A stretch of DNA of 64,000 bases. Source: Malacoraja senta. Taxonomy: Eukaryota. Position 1 is the first letter of the stretch. Each line of letters opens with the position of its first letter. A program made the position numbers and the translations under genes. The DNA is taken from the NCBI GenBank assembly GCA_038087875.1, contig CM075985.1, forward strand, positions 12,276,001 to 12,340,000. Reading direction: 5' to 3'. The notes below the pieces were generated by a model that saw only the letters and a list, made by a program, of their open reading frames with translations, was not told the origin of the DNA and did not search any database. Shown here piece by piece: positions 54,330-64,000 of this stretch.

Positions 54330-55439
54330 CAATAGACCATAGACAATAGGTGCAGGAGTAGGCCATTCGGCCCTTCGAGCCAACACCGCCATTCAATGTG
54401 ATCATGGCTGATCATCCCCAATCAGTACCCCGTTCCTGCCTTTTCCCCATATCCCCTGACTCCGCTATCTTTAAGAGCCCTATCTACCTCTCTCTTGAAA
54501 GTATCCAGAGAGCCGGCCTCCATCGCCCTCTGAGGCAGAGAATTCCACACTCACAACTCTCTGTGTGAAAAAGTGTTTCCTCATCTCCGTTCTAAATGGC
54601 TTACCCCTTATTCTTAAACAGTGGCCCCTGGTTCTGGACTCCCCCAACATCTGGAACATGTTTCCTGCCTCTAGTGTGTCCAAACCATTAATAATCTTAT
54701 GTTTCAATAAGATATCATCTCATCCTTCTAAACTCCAGAGTATTCAAGCCCAGCCGCTCCATTCTCTCAGCATATGACAGTCCCGCCATCCCGGGAATTA
54801 ACCTTGTAAACCTATGCTGCACTCCCTCAATAGCAACAATGTCTTTCCTCAAATTAGGGAACCAAAACTGCACACAATATTCCAGGTGTGGTCTCACCAG
54901 GGCCCTATACAACTGCAGAAGGACCTCTTTGCTCCTATACTCAACTCCTCTTGTTATAAAGGCCAACATGCCATTCGCTTTCTTCACTGCCTGCTGTACC
55001 TGCATGCTTACTTTCATTGGCTGATGAACAAGGACCCCCAGATCCCATTGTACTTCCCGGTTTCCCAACTTGACACCATTTAAATAATAATCTGCCTTCC
55101 TGAATTTGCTACCAAAGTGGATAACCTCACATTTATCCACATTAAACTGCATCTGCCATGCATCTGCCCACTCACCCAACCTGTCCAAGTCACCCTGCAT
55201 TCTCATAGCATCCCCCTCACAGTTCACACTGCCACCCAGCTTTGCGTCATCTGCAAATTTGCTAATGTAACTTTGAATCCCTTCATCTAAATCATTGATG
55301 TATATTGTAAATAGCTGCGGTCCCAGCACCGAGCCTTGCGGTACCCCACTAGTCACTGCCTGCCATTCTGAAAGGAACCCTTCAATCCCTACTCTTTGTT
55401 TCCAGTCTGCCAACCAATTTTCTATCCACGTCAGCACTC
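54330..55439 (-). mobile_element. 5'-truncated CR1 LINE with RT core
   Basis: 240-aa ORF 54715-55437: SGVPQGSVLGP, KFADD, LVRPHLEYCVQFW. Confidence 0.92.
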
Positions 55440-57255
55440 TTTAAGACCATGCTGTCTCTCAGTAAATGGTCAGGCAATGAGAGAGGTAGAACTGCAATGC
55501 GAGGATGGGGAGCATTTAATTGTTCTGATTAATTCAAGGTTCGTCTTTTGGTACCGATTGTTTCTGGGCAAAACTTTTTCTGCGTCTCTGCTTTCTCATC
55601 AAGACCTCCTTACGACCGATATATGTATGAAATTGTAAAAGATATGGTGCTGTATCACATATTCAATGCCAGTTTAAATTTAAAACATGGGATTAAAGAT
55701 ACAGGGCCAATACAGGTATAAAATAGAACAAGTGAAAACATGAAATATGGTGAACGTGTTTCTTTCAGACTGGTGGAAACTATACAATGGCACCTTGTAG
55801 AGGTCAGCAGAAGCCAGTGCAGGCACCATGGCCCCTCTGTGCTGAATCATTGGCTGATTCTGGGGCAGTTTGGTGCTTGTTATAACAGTCAGACCATTGG
55901 GATGAAAGCTCACTTCAGTTCCCTATCAGGAGCTGATAACATTTCAAACCTCATCACAGCGGCAATAATTAAAACAGAAAACTCACAGAATTGCAAAATG
56001 GTTAGGCCTAAGGTGGAGGCCATTCTGCCCTTTGAAAATGTACTGACCCTAAGCATGAACAATTTCATTAAACACGCTGCTCTGCCCACTCCCTATAGCC
56101 TTGTAAATTGCAGTCTTTCACATACAAATCCAGCTCACTGAGAACGTATCTCCACTGGTTGTATTACAGACCCTAACCACTTGCCACGTAAACAAATTGT
56201 CACTTTTGTTCTCTTTTGAGTCATTTTCATTCTCTGTCTTCTAATTCCTGACCTCTTCCCTAATAAGAACAGTTTCTCTCCGGTCTATTCTGTTGACGCT
56301 CATTTAAATACCTCACTCAAATCCTCTCCGAATGTTCTGTGTTCCAATGATCCCAGCTTCTCCAGACCGTCTTCATAACTAAAATCCCTAATCCAGTAAA
56401 GTCTCCAGAGCCTTAAAATCATTCCTAAAGCATGGCACCCAAAGCCAGACACAATACTCCCGTTGAGGCCAAGCCTGTGTTTTATAACGATTTATTGTGA
56501 CGTTCTTGCTGTTGTATTCTGTGCCTCTATTTATAAAGCCCAGGATTCCATATACTTTTCAAATCATTTTCTCTATTTGCCTCTTTTGTCTGTCATTCCA
56601 TCCTTCCTGATGTCTGTTACTAGGCTCCGCACAATTCATTATTCCTCCAATTATCATTTCATCTGCAGATTTGGAAAATGTACCCTGTCTACCCAAATCC
56701 AAATTATATTAAGAAGTAGATTAAGAAATAGCAGATTAACATCTGAGCACTTTAGACCAAATATCAACGTTGGTTTTTAATATTCCTACAGCTGATCAGA
56801 GTTTATTATAAGGATTTCAAACTTACAGTTGCGACACTTCAGCTGAGAGCACAAACTGGTGACATTGTTTAATATCCACAAAAACATAAGGTTCGCATCT
56901 GTGTGGAGTAACAGAACAGAAACAACTCACTGGCTGCATTATTAGACAAGGAGATGCAGCCCACTGCACACAGGATGAGACAGAGGTGCTTTTTGTGAGT
57001 GAGTAGTGTGTGGGTGTGAGTGAGGGATTATTTTACATTTTCCTCATTTTATCTGGTATCCAAAAAAAAATCACATTTACAGTCAGTGATTCAGATCATC
57101 AGTGAAATGCATCAGCTAGGATTACAAGTTACAACAAACATTAATGCTGTTCAGATAACATTTGTGCTCTATCAGTGCATGTTCCCCAGACTTCAGCTGA
57201 GATTACCTGTTCCTGCAGACTCCAGCACTGAGAACCTTCTTATGAGCAGAGAGAG

Positions 57256-57590
57256 CCCGGTCCTTACTCCAGCACAGAGTGCTGTGTCCTTACTCCAACA
57301 GAGTGCCTGCTCCTTATTCTAGCAGGGTAACTGCTCCTGCAGAGAGTGTCGGCTCCTTACTCCTTACTTCAGCAGAGAGTGCCCAGTCCTTACTCCAGAA
57401 TGCCTGTCCCTCACCCTAGCAGAGAGTGCCTGCTCCTTACTCCAACAAAGAGTGCTGGCTCCTCACTCCAACAGGGTGCTGGCTCCTTACTCCAGCAGAG
57501 TGCTCCTCACTCCAGCAGACTGTGCCCGGTCCTTACTCCAGCAGAGGGCTGGTCCTTACTCCAGCATAGAGTACCTGCTCCTTACTCCAA
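57256..57590. repeat. Degenerate ~24-26 bp minisatellite (ctccttactccagcagagagtgc..)
   Basis: About 13 imperfect tandem units. Confidence 0.8.
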
Positions 57591-57959
57591 TGGAAAGTTT
57601 TTCCTCCTCCAGGTGCCACCTGTTACTTGGAGACTCCAAGGAAACATTGGATAACAGAAACTGGCTGATAATGAAACAAGCTGTAGATCCCCGGGTTATC
57701 AATAGACCAGTGTCCTCAACCCAGTGTCTGATGTTGATTAAATCTTCACAACTGTTAGTTCCTTTAAATATGTAGTTCATGAGGTCACCGCCAGCCAATA
57801 AGCCTGGCCAGCAGTAAATCCTGGTCTCAGTAAGAGAAGATTTTATATCTGTGCCTGCTGAGCAGGTGTTGGATGAAGCTGTTGAAGACCAGCAATCGTG
57901 GAGCATTAAAGCTCCTCCCTGTCTCCATATGTGGATACAGCACTTCCTTCACTCTACCT

Positions 57960-58180
57960 CCACCCCCCCCCCCTCTCTCCATCTCTCTCTCTCTCTCATT
58001 TTCTATCTACTACCTATTCATCACTTTTTCCCTTCTGCATCTACTTCTCCTTTCTCTTCTTTTAAATTCTCTCTCTCTCTCTCTCTCTCCCTCTATCTAG
58101 CTTATTTTCCTTTTCCCTCTATCCCTCTATCATCACCTCTCTCTATCTCTCTCTTCCTCATCCTTGCTCTCTCTCTTACT
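57960..58180. repeat. (CT)n-rich polypyrimidine tract
   Basis: Direct reading. Confidence 0.8.
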
Positions 58181-58869
58181 GCACAGAATTGGTAATGCAG
58201 ATATCTGCAGGGGAGATGCAAAGGTAGGAAGGGGCAAAGCCAGGGAGAAATGCAGAGTGAGAATTTTAACATTGTGTTGCTGGACAGGAGCCAATGAGGG
58301 GACATTGATGAGCATTTCAGCTGCAGATGAATTGAGGGAGGGGAATAGATGTGTAGTACAGCATGGAAGGGATCAGTCTTGGTGACTGGAATACAACTGG
58401 GATCACAAAAGTTAACAAGTTTGTGTTCAGATTTCAGAAATTGGCACGGGTGAGGATTGCAATTTAGACTGAGAAAATATTTTTTGTTGGTGGCTGAAGA
58501 CAACAGTTTTGTTCTTCCCCACGTGTAGTTGGAAGCATTACCTTTCATTTATTAATAGAACGGCAGCTTCGAATTATTTTTAAGCAGTGCCACTGCAGAA
58601 TTTTCTGAGCACTAATTTCTGGCCAACCTCTATTTAAAAAATAGACGAGCCGGTGTAAGTTGTTTGATGTTTGAAAGGGATTGCAGGTACAAAGAAACAA
58701 GCCGAGTCCCCTTGTTGTTCTCTGCCGCTGCCTTGATGTCAATGCTGATGAAGAAGGCGGAAACATGACACTTCATTTGGGAATAGGAAATTATCACAGC
58801 ATCTATTATGAAACACCCCGTTAACCCTTTCAATATCAGCACAGTTTCTTCCCCTCTCCTATTATAATA

Positions 58870-59243
58870 TCATAGAAACATAGAAAATAGGTGCAGGAGA
58901 AGGCCATTCGGCCCTTTGAGCCAGCACCGCCATTCATTGTGATCATGGCTGATCGTCCCCAATCAATAACCCGTGCCTGCCTTCTCCCCATATCCCCTGA
59001 TTCCACTAGCCCCTAGAGCTCTATCTAACTCTCTCTTAAATCCATCCAGTGACTTGGCCTCCACTGTCCTCTGTGGCAGGGAATTCCACAAATTCACAAC
59101 TCTCTGGGTGAAAAAGTTTTTTCTCACCTGTCTTAAATGGCTTCCCCTTTATTCTAAGTGTGGCCCTTGGTTCTGGACTCGCCCAACATTGGGAACATTT
59201 TTCCTGCATCTAGCTTGTCCAGTCCTTTTATAATTTTATATGT
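58870..59243 (-). mobile_element. CR1 LINE 3' fragment
   Basis: catagaaacatagaaaataggtgcagga.. tail and body. Confidence 0.85.
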
Positions 59244-59503
59244 ATTTTATATCAAAGCCAATGTGTATTGGGATCAATGAGGATATGTTTTCACTGTTAT
59301 ATACAAAGAGGACAAAAACTTATTCCAAATTCCTCACAAATACTCCAACATGTTCGTACCATAACGAGTATAATCAACTCTTTGCAAGAACTCTTTTCAG
59401 CAGATTCATCCAGATTAATTAGCTACTGTAATTTACACCATTGCATAGGTTAATGGCCAAAAGAGTCAAAGGGGACTTGAAGGGCATGTGTGAGAGAGAA
59501 AAA

Positions 59504-59796
59504 GTTCAGTTTAGTTTAGAGATACAGCATGGCCACAGGCCCTTCGGTCCACCAAATCTATGCCAACCATCAAGTTCTATGTTATCCCATTTTTTCATCC
59601 ACATCGTACACACGGGGGGCCAATTTACAGAGGCCAATTAACCTACAAACTCACACGTCTTTGGGATGTGGGAGGAAACACACACGGTCACGGGGAGAAC
59701 ATGCAAACTCCACACAGACAGCACCCAACGTCAGGATCAAACTCGGGTCTATGGTGCTCTGAGGCAGCAGCTATCTGCTGCGCCACTGAGCCGCCT
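59504..59796 (-). mobile_element. HE1/V-SINE-like SINE
   Basis: Same family as 4366. Confidence 0.75.
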
Positions 59797-60382
59797 TTAA
59801 GTTGCAGCTGAACAAGGAAATGTGGTGGGACAACAAGATTAATGGATTGTTCCCCCAGGAGCCAACATGCACTTGATGCCCCCTGTGTGTTAAGTATAAG
59901 ATTGAATAAGATGATTTTAGGTTAGAGGGATGTTAATTAAATTAGAGAAAGGTTAGTCGAAATGTGAGCCAAAACAGCCTCTGTGGAGTCAAAACTGTCT
60001 CCCAGGGACTAACCATCAGAGCTGGTTAACTGAAGTCACTGTCAGGAGATTTGGAATTGGTAGTATCTGCAAAAAAAAGTTCCACAATCAGAGTCTTCAA
60101 TATAAACGTAGCATATAACATAGATGTAAGGTGTGTTTAGTTCAGTTTATTGTCACGTGTACCAAGGTCCAGGGAAATCCTTTGTTGTGTGCTAACCTGG
60201 TTGGCTATGGTAGATTAGGAAGCTACATTAAAAGGTATTATAGTAAAAAAACATTGGCTGGAGGATTAATACGTAGTTTACAACAAATATATATCCCTGT
60301 TTGATTAAAAGCATGCAGGGAAACGAGTCCATTCTTGGCTAAGATAAGAATGTTTCAAAACTTTCCAAAACATTTGGGCCGT

Positions 60383-60696
60383 GGGCGGCATGGTGGCACA
60401 TTGGTAGAGCTGCTGCCTTACAGCGCTTGCAGCGCCGGAGACCCAGGTCGATCCTGACTACGGGTGCTGTCTGTACGGAGTTTGTATGTTCTCCCCATGA
60501 CCTGCGTGGGTTTTCTCCGAAATCTTCGGTTTTCTCCCACACTCTAAAGACGAACAGGCATGCAGGTAAATTGGCTTGGTATAAATGTAAATTGTCCCTA
60601 ATGTGTGTAGCATTGGTGTGCAGGGATTGTTGGTCAGTGCAGACTTGGTGGGTCGACGGGCCTGTTTCCACGCTGTATTTCTAAACTAAACTAAAC
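60383..60696 (+). mobile_element. HE1/V-SINE-like SINE
   Basis: tRNA-like head; (CTAAA)n tail. Confidence 0.8.
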
Positions 60697-61798
60697 ATTG
60701 CTCAAAAGAACATTGGGAAATGTGTGAGGATTGGGAAAAATATCATCATTCAGCTAATGGCGATCAAGAAATAGATGAAGAAAGAGAAATAAAAATACGA
60801 GAAGCGAACAATAAGAAATTGCCTTTGTTTAGAAGAGTGTGAGTGGGCTGAAGGATCTTGACAAAGTGGGCGTGGAAAGGATGTTACCTTCTGTGGAAGA
60901 AACAAAAATTAGGGATGCTGTTTAAAAAGTAAGGTGGTTACCAAATTAAGACAAAGTCGAAGTTGTATTATCTCAGAGTATCATGTGTTTTTGGGACTTT
61001 CTCAAAGGCTGATGGAAGCAGGATGTTTCTGAGGCAAAGGTAGATACATTTTTTATGGTAAAGAGCTGTAAGATAGCTGCGAGTAAACAGGAGTGCAGAC
61101 TTGTGGTGATAATCAGATTAAATGAGACAGCTGGCTCTAGCGTTTGAGGCTATTCCTGCTAATTCCCTTGTTTCCTTTGTTTGTATATTCATATATATGT
61201 TTGCTTCTTGGAAACAACAACAGACTGTAAAAGCCTCTATAAATAAGTGAATGGAAAACATTGGCAAAAGTTTATGTAGGTCCTTAGCAGTTTTTATTGA
61301 ATGTATAACCAGCAGAATGGATGAGGCAAAACCAATGGATGTGATGTTTTAGATTCCGGAGGCTTTCGATAAATTATCATACGAGAGGTTATAAAACCAA
61401 GTCAGAACACATGGGATTATGAATAATACCGGTGTGGATTGAGGATTGATTAGCAGATAGAAACAGGGGAGAATAAAAGAAGTGATGACAGTGAAACAAA
61501 TTCATTAATGATGATTGGATCAACAGATTTAATCACCAGCTGCATCCAAAAAATGAAGCATAATTAAAGTAATTTAATCTTCACTTATCACGGAGTGAAG
61601 CCTACCCTTGGCACAGCCATGTGTCAGTACATGTCAGGTGGAGCGGGCAGGGGTCCAAGAAGTTGACATTAGATGCAATTGAGCCTCTCCCATTCTCCAC
61701 ATGAACCCATAACCTCTCTCCATCCAAATGCAGTTTATACCCATGTGAATGAAGGAACTGCTGTTGTTGGTTTACACCAAAGATAGACCAAAGATAGT

Positions 61799-61826
61799 CT
61801 GAAGAAGGGTCTCGACCCGAAACATC
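61799..61826 (+). ncRNA. Minimal hammerhead ribozyme-like motif in a Penelope-derived repeat (61750-61898)
   Basis: CUGAAGA-A-GGGUC/uc/GACCC-GAAA-CAUC. Confidence 0.5.
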
Positions 61827-62939
61827 ACCCATTCCTTCTCTCCAGAGATGTTGCCTGACCCGCTGAGTTACTCCAGCATTTTGTGTCTCCTTGGTTTATA
61901 CTCATGTGATTTTGAACTTTGACCTTCTCTTGACCTTCATTGGGGAAAGTTGTATATTGTGGCAGTCCCAAGAATAATGTCTAATCTGTTGTGATCCGTA
62001 TACCACGGTGAGGGAGATTAATCTGGGGTTGGATAGGTGTGCCCAGATTGGAAACCATGGCTTTTTATTTAATGTTACTTGCGGAGGTGTTACAGGCCCA
62101 TCAATGCAATAATACACCAATAAATATACAGTAATCAAGAATACAATAAATGAATAATCAGTAATATTGGGTTACCAGACTATAATAGTGTAAACTGAAA
62201 CCTATAGTGTAATCACAATAACGCCCGCAGTAGATCATAGTTGCTGGGGTCAGGTTGCGGTTAGTATTGAGCAGTGTTAAGAGCCTGATGGTTGTTGGGA
62301 AGAAGTTGTTCTTGAACATGGTCACAATTTTCAGGCTTTGGTACCTTCTTCCCGTTGGTAATAGTGAGATAAAAGTGTGGCCCGTGTGGTGTGGGTCTTT
62401 GATGATATTGGTTGTCGTTTTGAGGCAGAACTTAGAAGATTACAGCACAGGAACCACAATGTTTGCGACAACATGAAAAGGGTGAGATTCCAGTGGTATC
62501 TTAACAAATTGGACATTTATCAGAGATAGATGTACAAAGATCAGAAGGAGAGAGAATCAGAAAATTGAAAAAAACATTTAAAGAGGGAGAAGCTGGAAAA
62601 GAAGAGAGACGAGAAAAGCACAGATTAGGAAAAGGCTAGTGAACAAAACTGAGAAAGAGTGGGAGATGTGGACATCATAATAGGATGGCAGAAAATGGCA
62701 AACCTGGAGAGACTGAGTCGAATTAGAGATTTGGAGTGGAAAAATATTCCAAAATATAGATCTTGGTCTTATATAGACGTTAAGCTAAATCAGGGCATGT
62801 CTTTATCTGAATTCATTTTTCCAACAATTCAATATGTTGTGTCATCACCAACTAATGTTTTCTTCTTAAACAATAAATCACCGGAGCATTTGAGAAGCTT
62901 TTCACAAGGCCCAGCATGAGCAGGAGCTGTTTACTGTTT

Positions 62940-63484
62940 ACTCCAGAAATATTACAATCTGGTTTGGGAACTGCTCTGCCCAGGACAAGAAGGCTCTGCA
63001 GAGAGTAGTGTGTTCGGCCCAACGCACAACGGAAACTACACTCGCCCCTCTGCAGGAACTATACATCAGGAGGTGCAACTCCAGAGCCAATAAGATCATG
63101 GGAGACCCCTTCCACCCCTGCAACGGACTATTCCAGCTGCTACGGTCAGGCAAACGCCTCCGTTGCCATGCTGTGAGAACAGAGAGGTTGAGAAGGAGTT
63201 TCTTCCCAGAGGCCATTAGGACTGTAAACTCCTATCTCACCAGGGACTAACTTTACTGAACCACTCTACTGGGTTTTAATAATTGCTGGTTTTTTTCCCC
63301 CTGTTTTTTTCCCCTTTTTCCTTCCGCCCACAATATTTAATATGTAAAAGAATATGTGATTCTATTCTTCCATTCTGTTTGTAGTTTGTTTGTTTTTGTA
63401 TAAAGTCCGCGAGCATTGCCACTTTTCATTTCACTGCACATCTCGTATGTGTATGTGACAAATAAACTTGACTTGACTTGACTT
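62940..63484 (+). mobile_element. Rex1/Babar-type LINE 3' fragment
   Basis: WFGNCSAQDKKALQRVV...HPCNGLFQLLRSGKR...RTERLRRSFFPEAIR; AATAAA followed by (CTTGA)n tail. Confidence 0.8.
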
Positions 63485-64000
63485 CAAGTGAACAAGGAAT
63501 TTCATTTTGTGGATGACAACAAACCGCTCCAAATGTGAGTTCTGGTGGAGATTCACAAGCTAACGTAGGATGTGTTTTTTAGTGCACTGGAGCACCTGAT
63601 TGTAGGGACACTAAGTGAGTCTATTAATGCTGATCATCCAAAGAGTTCAATGAAAGCTTGTTTCCATAAAATCTTCTGTTTAATGACTGCGCCGATTGAA
63701 ATTCTAATTTGCATCTTCATTGATAACATGTGAATGTTTGTTCTCTGCCTGCATCTGATTCTCTCGCTGCCCAGTAACCAGTTCCTTTGATCCCTCCTAA
63801 ATGAATCACAAAGCCACAGTCCGCTTAGATTGAAATAGTACAATTGTCCAGCCAAGGGTAAAGCTATCTCCGATTCATCCATTCAACAAACTCACTGCAG
63901 AATAAGATCTGGTTCAATCATCCAAGGAATAGCCAGAAAATTGTACAGATCTCATATCAGATAGAAATTGGATCAAGTCTAGCTCTCTGCGTCCGGACAT

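Noticed and set aside
54185-58550. Candidate 5' non-coding exons or promoter of the receptor (minus-strand donor-like sites near 54188, 57206 and 58541)
   Set aside because: Donor-like motifs alone cannot define exons without transcript data.

Overview
Vertebrate genomic DNA, most likely a skate or ray; this is inferred from the repeat families (HE1/V-SINE-type SINEs, CR1/HER1-type LINEs, Rex1, Penelope remnants). It holds two convergent genes. (1) Plus strand, 881-44509: the last 34 coding exons of a kielin/chordin-like gene (KCP). All introns are GT-AG with consistent phases, giving about 1,533 codons: 20 VWC/chordin cysteine-rich repeats, a VWD domain with GDPH and CGLCG motifs, C8 and TIL domains, and a stop at 44509. 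The 5' end lies upstream of the window. (2) Minus strand, 53046-47958: an intact 4-exon, 379-aa D4-type dopamine receptor, probably the DRD4-related paralogue drd4-rs. Introns are full of transposons. The most notable non-genic signals are palindromic Penelope-derived repeats carrying minimal hammerhead-ribozyme cores, a 1.67-kb nested inverted repeat of THAP-bearing DNA-transposon derivatives in receptor intron 2, Harbinger-type MITEs, a structured 142-bp retroposon with TSD, and a 33-bp hairpin VNTR. All coordinates were read by eye; repeat boundaries are approximate.
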